64,000 nt of DNA. Origin: Octopus sinensis. Taxonomy: Eukaryota. The notes below the pieces were generated by a model, which saw only the letters and a program-made list of their open reading frames with translations, was not told the DNA's origin and searched no databases. The stretch spans positions 48,732,001 to 48,796,000 of the forward strand of contig NC_043004.1 in the NCBI RefSeq assembly GCF_006345805.1, in the 5' to 3' direction. This document shows positions 48,860 through 61,479 of the stretch, in pieces (position 1 is the stretch's first letter; every line of letters starts with the position of its first letter). Both the position numbers and the translations under genes were made by a program.

Positions 48860-49150
48860 TTTATGAGCCCTTTTCAAGCCTAGCCAGGCTCAGGGCCCGG
48901 TTTCCTGGTTTCTATGGTGTATGTGTTCCCCCCAGCTGGACGGGATGCCAGTCCATCGCAGTGTTACTCAAGAAGCAGGAAGAAAGAGCGAGAGAAAGTT
49001 GGGGCAAAAGAGTACAACAGGGGTTGCGAACCTCATGGAGCTTTAGGTGTTTATGCTCAATAAACACACAACGCCCGGTCTGGGAATCGAAACCGCGATC
49101 CTCCGACCGCGAGTCCGCTGCCCTAACAAACTGGACTATTGCGCCTCCAC
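48860..49150 (-). mobile_element. tRNA-like-head SINE, third family
   Basis: Same head as 16800-16870 (GCAGCGGACTCGCGGTCGG..GGTTTCGATTCCCAGACC); body with CTGCGATGGACTGGCATCCCGTCCAG; A-rich tail. Confidence 0.8.
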
Positions 49151-49709
49151 GTATGTATGTATGTATGTATGTATATATGCATTTGTATATGTAATATATG
49201 TGGAGATGTGTGGCTTAGTGGTTAAGGGTGTTGCATGCTTGATCATAAGCTTGTGGTTTCGATTCCTGGATTGGGCAGTGCATTGTGTTTTCAAACGTCA
49301 TTTTCTGTTGCTCGAGTCCACTCACTCAGATGGCAAAAGCAAGGAATACTGTGATGGACTGAAATCCTGTCCAGGAGGGAATATACACACTACAGAATCC
49401 AGAAAACCAGCCTTATGTATCTATGGCTCCAGAAGGGTCAGGTGCATGCATGACAGTGTGTTAAGAAGTTTGCTTCTCATTCATGTGGTTCCATGTGCAG
49501 TTTTATTGCATGCATCTTGGGCAAGTATCTTTTACCATAAGCCCAGGCTGGGCAAAGCCATATCTGACCATGGGGAACTATTACATTGCTTCAAAACTGG
49601 TGAGGGTTGGCAACAGGAAGGTCATTTGGCCATGGAAAATCTGCCTTAAATAAACGAACTCATGCAAGCATGGAAAAGTTGACATCAATTGATGATGATA
49701 ATATATATA

Positions 49710-50540
49710 TATGAGGTGGTATCAAAAAGTTCCTGGATTAGTTCTGTTGTGTGCCAACAGATGGCAGCATATATTTACATGCACAATGAGAGCTAGTAGT
49801 GACCTTCATGAGGCAGTGTGCCTAGTGACATCACTATTTACTTTGCAAGTTGTGAAATTTGTGTTTTTGTGATCACATGTATGTTGTAGTCTGCAATTTT
49901 GTCATGGACAGGAACAAAGAGCCAATGCGAAATTTTGCATTAAACTTGGGAAGTCTGCTACAGAGTCATTGAGCATGCTTTGGCAAGCTTATGGCAATGA
50001 GGCAATGGGTTGTACACAATATATTGAGTGACACAGGCACTTCAAAAGCTGATGACAATGAGCGATTTGGAAGACGTACCATGAGTGTTGCCTCTGGAAA
50101 TGTGGTATTGTGTATCAAAAACTCATCCTCCAGAGCCAAACTGTCAATCGAAAGTTCTACTGTGATGTTAGAAGTGTTTGAGGGAGGACATTTGGCGAAA
50201 GTGACCAGATCTATGGAGCACGACGAATTGGATTCTTCACATTGACAAGGCACCCTGTTTGCCAGATTAAGCATATATGGACTTCCAGCTCTTCCCCAAG
50301 ATGAAAATGCAGTTCACAGGTCACCGTTTTAAGACTGTTGGGAAGATCCAGATTGAACTGCAGAAGGTTCTCAACTCACTTATAGAAAACAACTTGTAGG
50401 CCAGATTCCAAAAGTGACAGCAATGCTGGGACTGGTATTTTGTTGTGCAAGGTAACTGTTTTGAAGGAGATGATGTTAAAACTTTGGTAAATAAGTTATT
50501 TTTTATTAAACATAACTAGTCCTGGAACTTTTTGATACTA
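49710..50540 (+). mobile_element. second mariner family, internally deleted
   Basis: TIR cores GTATCAAAAAGTTCCTGGA / CCTGGAACTTTTTGATAC; N-terminus EQRANAKFCIKLGKSATESLSML; C-terminus LFPKMKMQFTGHRFKT..QGNCFEGD. Confidence 0.88.
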
Positions 50541-50552
50541 AATATATGTATA

Positions 50553-50967
50553 GGCGCAGGAGTGGCTGTGTGGTAAGTAGCTTGCTAACCAACCACATGG
50601 TTCCGGGTTCAGTCCCACTGTGTGGCATCTTGGGCAAGTGTCTTCTGCTATAGCCCCGGGCCGACCAATGCCTTGTGAGTGGATTTGGTAGGCGGAAACT
50701 GAAAGAAGCCTGTCGTATATATGTATATATATATATAAGTGTGTGTGTGTGTACATGTTTGTGTGTCTGTGTTTGTCCCCCTAGCATTGCTTGACAACCG
50801 ATGCTGGTGTGTTTACGTCCCCGTCACTTAGCAGTTCGGCAAAAGAGACCGATAGAATAAGTACTGGGCTTACAAAGAATAAGTCCCGGAGGTCGATTTG
50901 CTCGACTAAAGGCGGTGCTCCAGCATGGCCGCAGTCAAATGACTGAAACAAGTAAAAGAGTAAAGAG
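50553..50967 (+). mobile_element. full-length young CORE-type SINE
   Basis: Nearly identical to the 12036 and 29232 copies. Confidence 0.9.
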
Positions 50968-51269
50968 TATATGTAAGTATGTATATTTTCATTCACTGCC
51001 TGTTTTCCTATGTTAGTATGTTAGACTAATTTATTATTGAGACTGTTTTACAGCTGGCTCTCCTTCCTGTTGCTGACTCTTATCTCTTGTTTCAAGTAAA
51101 GGATCTCTTTTCTCGTATCTTTGAAGACATGAAGTGAGTGGAATTTCTTCACTCCTGATTCAGCTAGAAGTGTACTATAAGCATACAAAAGTTCCTGTAG
51201 GCAGCTGTTGAATGGGAACCCCAGTTTGCTGTTATGGCTATAGAACCATGATAAATAGAAGGAAGCTGA

Positions 51270-51780
51270 GAACTGAACCCTGGTGCACCTCAACCTGCAT
51301 ACTAAATTTGTCACTGCATTTAGTGCTCACATTTTGTTGACAGCATCTCTCTGTACAAGGTTTATACTGCCAGCGTAAGCTCTTCATCTACTAGCTCCCT
51401 TAGTGATCACTAGTTCATAGAATAAGGAACATTGTCAAATGCCTTTTTCATGCCTATGAATACAAGGTAATGTGGATTATTCCATGCTAAGTAATTCTCA
51501 CTAGAAAGATGGTATCAATAGTACTTCCTCCTGGCATGGAGCTGAACTGCATCTCATGTAAGCGGACTCTCTTTCTCATCAGTTGGGTTATAATACTTTC
51601 TGCAGTTTTCATAACCTGGTTCCCTAATTTGATACTTTTGTGATTTCCTCTCTCTGGCATGTCTACGTTGACTTTGCAGCACTCAACAAAGCTGCTACCA
51701 TGGCAGTTATCAGGCATGACACTTTCTTGTACTACCTGAGTGACAATGCTTCCGACTAGCCCATCGCTATTAAAGCATCT
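51270..51780 (-). mobile_element. old RTE RT fragment
   Basis: MRKRVRLHEMQFSSMPGGSTIDTIFLVR. Confidence 0.7.
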
Positions 51781-51868
51781 CAGTAGTAATCCATATCCTT
51801 CATTGCTCTATTTACCATACAGCTGTCAACATGAATGGTAGGTCCTTCCATTGGGTCTACTTGAAGTA

Positions 51869-51906
<38 letters not shown>

Positions 51907-52177
51907 CAAAAGTCTCTTTTACTAGCATTTGAATGCCACTTTCTTTCTAGCATTAGTAAGAACAAGTATTTTCTTATCATTCTGTGCACACTGCTCCCCA
52001 AAGTTGTGTGCACTTTGATTCTGTCTAGGACGTTGCCTGGCTATCAAAGCATCACATGCCTCTGGTCCTCACATTACAGAACATGTGGAAACTGATTTAT
52101 TTTTTTGCCTCTTCCCTGGTTATATGCATCTGGTGTCTAACTTCTTTTCTAGTTATTTGATATTGTACTTTTCTGCC

Positions 52178-52239
<62 letters not shown>

Positions 52240-53693
52240 CATATACATACGTATGTACGTGTGTGTGTCATGCACACACACACACACACTGTTGTGATCT
52301 GTACATCCATGTTGTTGAAATCAGTCTCTCATCTGAATATAAAACCAAAAATTTGCAGAATTTAAATAAAAAAATTATTCCTTGTTCTTTTTATTCTGAT
52401 GGAGAAGGGGTGGGTACAATGCCTATTGCTGTTTCAAGTGTGGATGATTCTGGTTCTGAAAAACAAAGATTGGTAAAATATGTTGATGGCAGAAGCTGGT
52501 GGTAGTTGATGTAGTTGTTTAACCCTGATCTGGAGTACCTATGATGAAAGATATCCCTTCCTCTCATGACCATCCTATTTTTTATTCAGACAACAGGGTA
52601 TTTGCTGTTCAGAAGAATGTTTGTAGTTTTTGGATATGATCCAAAATATGCATGCTTTTTGGTGAGTTCTCTAACACATTGGTTACTGAACTAAAATATA
52701 GGAGTAATTTTTATTCAGTATTTTTAAAGTTTGTTTTGATTTAATGTTAAATTGTCTCTTCCAGCTAAGCACAGACAACTTTTATTGGCCATGGACAAAT
52801 AGAAGATAGTTTGCAATATTTGTGTGAACTAAGTCCTTTTAAGCATGAAATGGTAACAAAGTGGAAGACTTTATGATACAACACTCATGATATAATACTT
52901 CCCTTCCTCTCGTAATAACTTCATAATTCTCTTTGAAGTTCATTATAAAGGCAAACTCAGTTAATTACTTTTGAATTGTCTGCTAAATCTGACACCCAGA
53001 ACTAGTAAAATGTTTGAATCTTAACAGTTGTAAAACATTCAAGTTTTAACGACAGTACAGGAGGGAAAGTGTAAATGCTGTAGAGTGAAGATAAATTGTT
53101 GTAAGCAATATAAACTCAATATTCAATTGAACAATTTCCTTTCATTTACTCCTGACCCTGCCGTTTTTTTCCACAGTCAGTATCATGAAGAAAATTGACC
53201 TAGAACTTCAATAATCCAGGCTTATAACATTTTTTTCATTTTTGCAGGAGTAAATCAGTAATTTGGAAGGATGCTAAATTTGATAGTATTTTCATTAATA
53301 TTAATAATTCATCTTAACCAACTTTGGGTGTGTTTTTGTTTAACCTTAGGTTAGCTTTGATCAAACTGAACTATGGTAAAAATCATTCCACCTGTCACCA
53401 GCCCATCTGTTTCTCAGATATAATGCATCTAGAGCGAGTTAATCAAATGCATCCTCTCCTTTTTAAGGAAGATTTAGCTGCTATTTATAGCAAGTTGAGT
53501 GACCATTTTTCATCTTTTACTTGTGACAGTCATTGGACTGCAGCCATGATGACGCACTGCCTTACAGGATTTAGTCAAGTAAATTGAACCTAGTACTTAT
53601 TTTCAAGTCTGGTACTTATTGTGTCAGGCTCTTTTGCCAAACCACTTAGTTATGGAGATATAAACAAACCATTCACTGGTTGTCAAACACAAA

Positions 53694-53730
<37 letters not shown>

Positions 53731-55399
53731 TATACGATGGGCCTTCACAGTGTTTTCATCTATCAAATTCACTCACAAGGCATTGGTCAGCTCATGGTTA
53801 TAATAGAAGATAGTTGCCCAAGGTGCTGTGCAGTTGGATTGAACCCAAAACTATGTGGTTTCAAATAGAGCTTCTAAACCATGTAGCTATTCCTGTACCT
53901 ATACAAAGGTTGTTTTTATAATATTTAACCTAGTTATGATTGAGGTTGGGTTCTAATAAATTCCTACAAAGAATCTATTGATCCTTTGTATCAATATAAG
54001 TCTGCTTGGCATTAGACAATTTTATAATTCATTAATAAATGGATCTTTGCTGTTTTCAATGATTAGTTTTCAGTTGTTTGGTCAACTGAACTACAGTTTG
54101 TACAATACCGTCAAATGTTAAGGATTTCTGCCATTTTTAACAGTTACGAGTCAATAAACTACTTGTTTAATTTGCTTGTAAGTGTTTGGGTATTACCACA
54201 GACATATGTACCCTTAATATTGTTCTCAACTGGAATCAGTGTGACGCAGTTAATCAAGGCTGGACCTTTAAATTACTAGTACAGTCCATCAGGTGGGCTT
54301 CCAGATGGTGATAGTACATTCTTCATATCCGAAGATCATGAGGAGGAACAACATGCCCTCAAGAATCTATGTAAACCATGTAAGCCTTGTGGAGGTTCCT
54401 TCCTTGGTGCCGCTAGGCTTTTTCTTCCTACCTTCACTTAGCAGTCATAAAGTGGGAGTCAGTCCACTCAATCTGATCCCCCTCTTTAGACTTGGGGATC
54501 TGATCACTGTGACTCAGTAGGCTAAGATGACTGCAGTGACCAGCAAGCTGTTGGTTTTACATTGGGTTGGCTTCCTCCAAGGTGAATTGCCTGATAAGGT
54601 TAGGGAGCCCCATCTACCATGGAGTTGTTGGAGGGTGTCAAAGAAGACAACAGACCATCTGAGTGACTCCACTTCTTGATCTGCTGTTGAGGCTGACTTT
54701 CCTAGCCTTTTCCTTTCCCAAGACACTCATGTAACAGTGAGGGTTTGTGCTTCGAGTTTCTTACATAACAATCTAATTAACTCATAGCTGTGACCTGGAC
54801 AAGTGCTACTACATTGAGTCAGAATAGGTCTGGGAACAGTAGTGACAAAGAGGTGGTTCCCACACACTTCAATACCCTGGAATGGCCAAACCAGGGCCCG
54901 ACTGTCAGATGCAGTTTTTAAGACAACTTCCAGACAGTTCAACACTGTCATCAAATGACTTGTGCCCATCTAACTATCAGCTATACTGGAAGATACTTTG
55001 ATTTAAGGATTTTGTAACTAATGTTTCCATCATCAATTGGCCATATAATGAAGCTTGAGTGCCTCTCCCAAGAGAGCACTACTTGCCCCTCTCTCTCCTC
55101 TTTCCTCTTTCTTTCCCTCTTTTTCTTTCTCTCCCCCCCTCTTGTTTCAGCTTCTCTCCTCTCTACGTTTATTAAACAATTTTTTTTCACTGGCCCCCAA
55201 AGAAAAAAAAATTATTAAAACAAATAAAACATTCGCACAATCACACACATATACACACACATTAATCAATACATCAATCACACACTCGTATATAAATCAC
55301 ATAGGCACACACAAATATATTTTCTACTTCAAACTTCAATATTGATTTCTATAATTCCTCGCTTATTGATCTCTAATATTTCTCTTAGTCTAACAGGTA

Positions 55400-55851
55400 C
55401 CACCACCATCACCGAAACCACCACCACCACACCACTACTACTACATCAGGTAGATGACTACTATTTCTATTACCCCTCCCCCACTACCACTAACATAACC
55501 ATCTCCACCATCATCGTCGCTACCACTATCACTACTACCCCTACCTCTATAGTTTCCACTACTATTACTATCATCACCGCCACTACTATAATAGCACTAC
55601 TACCACTGTCATGACTACCACCACTACTATGATCACCGTTACCATCATCACTTCCTCTATCACCACTCACTTTACAACTACCACCTTCTCTGCCACCATT
55701 ATGACCACCATCATCATCACTATTATCACCATCACCACCACTACCACTATCACCACGACAACCATTTTCTGTTACCATCACTCTGCTCTCCATTATCTCA
55801 ACACCACCACCATCATTTCCTCCTCTTTATCCTCCTCTTCTACTAAGACCG

Positions 55852-55917
<66 letters not shown>

Positions 55918-55955
55918 ATACTACCACCACCACCACTACTACTACTACTACTTTA
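55400..55955. repeat. degenerate trinucleotide microsatellite (ACC/ACT/ATC/GCT)
   Basis: Mixed triplet runs ending in pure (GCT)n(ACT)n. Confidence 0.9.
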
Positions 55956-56496
55956 TAGAAATTACAACACCAAAGGCTATAGTAAAAAGTGCAACAAGGG
56001 ACCCTCTATGTGGTCACTCTATCTGTTAGAAATAGCAGCCAAAGCACACCTGTGCATGTTTATAAAAAAAGGGACATATTGGTTCACGTAGTCCTAAATA
56101 CAGTTTGTTTGATGTAAATGTGGGAGAGTCATAACTGGAATACCTTTAATCATGCCTGCTGCTTGGATAAGGGCTGACTTGTTGCAAAACAAGAAAATGC
56201 AGTGAATGACAAGTTATTAGAGGATCAAGACTAAACGCCTTGTGGTATTTCCTTCAGCTCCCTGCACTGTGGTCCAAATCTGGCCGAGGCCAACTTTGCC
56301 TTTCATCCTTTCTGGCTAGCTAAAATAGAAGAACCACTCCAGCTATAAGTGTGGATGTGTGGTAAAAAGTTTGCTTCCCAACCACATATGTGGTTCCTTG
56401 GGCAAGTGTCTTCTGCTATAGCGCCAAGATGACCAAAGCCTTGTGAATGGATCTGGTAAGGGAAACTGAACGAAGCCCATTGTGTATGTATGTATG

Positions 56497-57017
56497 TTGC
56501 ACATGAGAAAGTAAGGAGGGATGTCAGGAAGGGCATCACTGTTACACTTCCAGATGGGAAATGTCTTCCTATGATGCTGACATGCAGTGTCTGTGCAAGA
56601 CCCTGCCTCAGTAAAGCTGGACTCAAGAGTCATCTTCGTAGTCATAAAGCGAGACAGATGAGTGACAACCTGGCCACTGGTGGTGGTGTAACACACCATA
56701 CTAATCATATCTATCGGACATGTGGAAGAGAGTGTAATTCGGCAGGAGGACTTAAACATCATGCAAAGGTACATGAAGCCCAGTTACAACTACAGCCGGC
56801 TATTGCCGGTAAAGGTTTTAGTTGCCAATTCTGTACAAGACATTGTAGATCTTTCGCTGGGCTAAAATGACACATTCGATTACAGCACCAGTAACAGTTA
56901 AGCTTCGTGCAATGGCCATACTCAATAACGAGGGGGCAGCCATAATGTATGTATGTATTAAGCTTTGTGCAATGGCCATACTTGATAACGAGGGGGCAGC
57001 CATAATGTATGTATGTA
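56497..57017 (+). mobile_element. LINE (RTE-like) 3' fragment encoding three C2H2-type zinc fingers, with duplicated 60-bp 3' end and (ATGT)n tail
   Basis: CSVCARPCLSKAGLKSHLRSH; (Y)RTCGRECNSAGGLKHHAKVH; CQFCTRHCRSFAGLK*HIRLQH. 60-bp units at 56898-56957 and 56958-57017. Confidence 0.6.
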
Positions 57018-57796
57018 CATACATTCATTTGTTCATTTGTTTGTTCTCTTCTGCTTTTAATCATTTGGATTCTTCCTCTGAAGAAGCTGATTTCTAACAA
57101 AAATACAATTTCCATTGTCAGAATGTATGTATGTATGTATGTATGTATGTGTTAGTGTGTGTGTGTATTCATGTCGTCTTGTCATGACATCATTTGATAG
57201 TTGTAAATGAGTGTCACTGCCATACAAGCTATCATTCATTTCCAATATTCTGCAAACAAGAAGATGTCTGGCCACAAGGAAAATAATGGCTAAGTTGAAA
57301 ACAGATGAAAGTTGGCAACAAGAAAGGCATTCAGCTATAGAAAATCTGCCTCAATAAAATCTGTCTGACTGTGCAAGCATGGAAAAGCAGATGCTAAAAT
57401 GATGATGATGACTCCAAGGCAGGGGATCGGTACAATTGTTACATTTTTGAAAAAGGTACCTTTTGCTCTGACCCTTTACATTCTGATATTTTGTGTGGTA
57501 GATTTATGCCATAATCTGATTTAACGCCAAAACCTAGTCCTTGAATGCCTTAAGCATAGTCCACTCTGTTGCAAGATTTTGAATAGGGTTTCTGGTTTGA
57601 AGAAATCTTCTCCTTCATCCTGCCAGTTTTTAAAGTCTTGAAAAAATAAAGGATCATAGATGCTGCCTATTCCTCTCTGACTACCCCTTTGTTCTTGTTT
57701 TTTTTAAAAATCTTTCCCTGATGACCCTTACTCCTGATTACTCTTTTTTTCCTAATTGCTCTTATCTCATTGATAACCTTGCCCTCAATGACTGCC

Positions 57797-60234
57797 GTTC
57801 TCTTCTAGACTGTCCTTCCCTTCTCGACAGTCTTTCTCTTCTAGACAGTCCTTCCCTTCTAGACAGTCCTTCCTTTCTAGATAGTCCTTCCTTTCTAGAC
57901 AGTCCTTCCTTTCTAGACAGTCTTTCCTTTCTAGACAGTCCTTCCTTTCTAGACAGTCCTTCCTTTCTAGACAGTCCTTCCTTTCTAGACAGTCCTTCCT
58001 TTCTAGACAGTCCTTCCTTTCTAGACAGTCTTTCCTTTCTAGACAGTCCTTCCTTTCTAGACAGTCCTTCCTTTCTAGACAGTCCTTCCCTTCTAGACAG
58101 TCCTTCCTTTCTAGACAGTCCTTCCTTTCTAGACAGTCTTTCCTTTCTAGACAGTCCTTCCTTTCTAGACAGTCCTTCCTTTCTAGACAGTCCTTCCTTT
58201 CTAGACAGTCCTTCCTTTCTAGACAGTCCTTCCTTTCTAGACAGTCCTTCCTTTCTAGACAGGCCTTCCTTTCTAGACAGTCCTTCCTTTCTAGACAGTC
58301 CTTCCTTTCTAGACAGTCTTTCCTTTCTAGACAGTCCTTCCTTTCTAGACAGTCCTTCCTTTCTAGACAGTCCTTCCTTTCTAGACAGTCCTTCCTTTCT
58401 AGACAGTCCTTCCTTTCTAGACAGTCCTTCCTTTCTAGACAGTCCTTCCTTTCTAGACAGTCCTTCCTTTCTAGACAGTCCTTCCTTTCTAGACAGTCCT
58501 TCCTTTCTAGACAGTCCTTCCTTTCTAGACAGTCCTTCTTTCTAGACAGGCCTTCCTTTCTAGACAGTCCTTCCTTTCTAACAGTCCTTCCTTTCTAGAC
58601 AGTCTTTCCTTTCTAGACAGTCCTTCCTTTCTAGACAGTCCTTCCTTTCTAGACAGTCCTTCCTTTCTAGACAGTCCTTCCTTTCTAGACAGTCCTTCCT
58701 TTCTAGACAGTCCTTCCTTTCTAGATAGTCCTTCCTTTCTAGACAGTCCTTCCTTTCTAGACAGTCCTTCCTTTCTAGACAGTCCTTCCTTTCTAGACAG
58801 TCCTTCCTTTCTAGACAGTCCTTCCTTTCTAGACAGTCTTTCCTTTCTAGACAGTCCTTCCTTTCTAGACAGTCCTTCCTTTCTAGACAGTCCTTCCTTT
58901 CTAGACAGTCCTTCCTTTCTAGATAGTCCTTCCTTTCTAGACAGTCCTTCCTTTCTAGACAGTCCTTCCTTTCTAGACAGTCCTTCCTTTCTAGACAGTC
59001 CTTCCTTTCTAGACAGTCTTTCCTTTCTAGACAGTCTTTCCTTTTAGACAGTCCTTCCTTTCTAGACAGTCCTTCCTTTCTAGACAGTCCTTCCTTTCTA
59101 GACAGTCCTTCTTTCTAGACAGTCCTTCCTTTCTAGACAGTCCTTCCTTTCTAGACAGTCCTTCCTTTCTAGACAGTCCTTCCTTTCTAGACAGTCCTCC
59201 TTTCTAGACAGTCTTTCTTTCTAGACAGTCCTTCCTTTCTAGACAGTCCTTCCTTCTAGACAGTCCTCCTTTCTAGACAGTCCTTCCTTTCTAGACAGTC
59301 TTCCTTTCTAGACAGTCCTTCCTTTCTAGACAGTCCTTCCTTTCTAGACAGTCCTTCCTTTCTAGACAGTCCTTCCTTTCTAGACAGTCTTTCCTTTCTA
59401 GACAGTCCTTCCTTTCTAGACAGTCCTTCCTTTCTAGACAGTCCTTCTTTCTAGACAGTCCTTCCTTTCTAGACAGTCTTTCCTTTCTAGACAGTCCTTC
59501 CTTTCTAGACAGTCCTTCCTTTCTAGACAGTCCTTCCCTTCTAGACAGTCCTTCCTTTCTAGACAGTCCTTCCTTTCTAGACAGTCTTCTTTCTAGACAG
59601 TCTTCTTTCTAGACAGTCCTTCCTTTCTAGACAGTCCTTCCTTTCTAGACAGTCCTTCCTTTCTAGACAGTCCTTCCTTTCTAGACAGTCCTTCCTTTCT
59701 AGACAGTCCTTCCTTTCTAGACAGGCCTTCCTTTCTAGACAGTTCTTCCTTTCTAGACAGTCCTTCCTTTCTAGACAGTCTTTCCTTTCTAGACAGTCCT
59801 TCCTTTCTAGACAGTCCTTCCTTTCTAGACAGTCCTTCTTTCTAGACAGTCCTTCCTTTCTAGACAGTCCTTCCTTTCTAGACAGTCTTTCCTTCTAGAC
59901 AGTCCTTCCTTTCTAGACAGTCCTTCCTTTCTAGACAGTCCTTCCTTTCTAGACAGTCCTTCCTTTCTAGACAGTCCTTCCTTTCTAGACAGTCCTTCCT
60001 TTCTAGACAGTCTTTCCTTTCTAGACAGTCCTTCCTTTCTAGACAGTCCTTCCTTTCTAGACAGTCCTTCCTTTCTAGACAGTCCTTCCTTTCTAGACAG
60101 TCCTTCCTTTCTAGACAGTCTTTCCTTTCTAGACAGTCCTTCCTTTCTAGACAGTCCTTCCTTTCTAGACAGTCCTTCCTTTCTAGACAGTCCTTCCTTT
60201 CTAGACAGTCTTTCCTTTCTAGACAGTCCTTCCC
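57797..60234. repeat. 18-bp minisatellite (TTCTAGACAGTCCTTCCT)n, ~135 units
   Basis: Continuous tandem array of ~2.44 kb with a few recurrent variants and occasional 17-bp units. Confidence 0.98.
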
Positions 60235-60254
60235 TCAATAATAATAATAATAAT

Positions 60255-60445
60255 GGATCTTTTCCTTTTCAACAGCAGATCGAGAAATTAATTTTTTGTA
60301 ACTAAACACTTTCAAACTTCGGACACTGGTAGAATGTGTCATATAAAACATCTTTTACTCTTAGTGTTGTTGAGAAAAGTTTATATTTTCAAAGTTATTT
60401 CATGTTAAATTTGTTGTATTTTGATAATTTCAACCAATCAATGAC
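60255..60445. mobile_element. diverged left half of the CGGATC-TIR MITE
   Basis: GGATCTTTTCC..ACTGGTAGAATGTG..ATAAAACATCTTTT..CAACCAATCAATGAC colinear with the 15641 copy. Confidence 0.6.
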
Positions 60446-60458
60446 TTGTATTATTATT

Positions 60459-60493
<35 letters not shown>

Positions 60494-60877
60494 TATTATT
60501 ATTATTATTATTATTAATTTTTTTTTTTCAAAAACGGACAAAACCCTTTGTAACCTTTCGTCCTGTTTTGTCCCTTTATGTTTAATAATCATGTGTGTCA
60601 GCCCTTGTGGCCAATAAAAAAGAATTAATTATTATTATTGGTGGTGATGGTGGTAGCAGTATTGATTATCATAGTCTATAGACATGTTTTTTTTCTATAA
60701 GGTCTGACTTGTGCTTGCGAATTTCTTTGTGGTTTACTAAACTTTCTCCTTCAATGGTGAAATACAATGGAATAATTTAACAAGTGGAGTTTATTTTGTA
60801 ACAAAATTAATGATGAGGGCTGGGTTTCTTTTTGACATTTTGCATTTTCTCTTTGGTGATTTTTAAACAATGGCACC

Positions 60878-60914
<37 letters not shown>

Positions 60915-61479
60915 TTAATAATAATAATAATAATAACCAACAAGAAAATCCCAGTACAGCATTCAAAGGCGAAAATGATAAACATTAAACAAATGAACAT
61001 TTCTGATGGAATAAATGAAGAAGCCATTTTGTTGTCTCTGCAAAACACACATGAAAATGTAAGCACAATGAAATGAGGAAGGAAAAAAAAAAGGACTTTT
61101 ATTAGCAGTAACAGTACATACACACATTCACTCATTCTGTCTGTCTGTCTGTCTCTCTTACAAAGTGGTGATGCTTTATTTTTGATAATGGTTATTGTCT
61201 TTCTTTTTTTCTTAATGGGACTAGTACAAGACAAACTGTGTATGTATATGAACTACAAGAAAAGAGGTCAATGTGACAAAGTTGTTCATTTTACAGCCTT
61301 TGATGAAAACATTTCTGGTCTAGGGGAAAAATAATGCTTTGTTTGGAAACGGATGAAGGTTGGCAACTGACAGGGCATCCAGACAGAAAATCTGCTTCAG
61401 CCAAATTCTGTTTGACCCATGCAAGCAGGGAAAAGTAGACATTAAAATAAGGATACCACTGTTAAGGAGATTTAGTTAG

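Noticed and set aside
54230-54980. GC-richer segment resembling a retroelement 5' UTR or LTR
   Set aside because: No diagnostic motif, terminal repeat or second copy in the window to anchor a call.
55342-55958. Mucin-like Thr-rich ORFs
   Set aside because: Pure trinucleotide microsatellite; no signal peptide, splice context or domain.
57797-60234. CRISPR-like array
   Set aside because: Repeats are contiguous with no unique spacers, there are no cas genes, and the context is eukaryotic.
57721-60238. (LDSPSF)n and (RKEGLS)n ORFs from the minisatellite
   Set aside because: The 18-bp unit has a stop in only one frame per strand, so long ORFs are expected by default. 17-bp units break the frame, and there is no splice or domain evidence.
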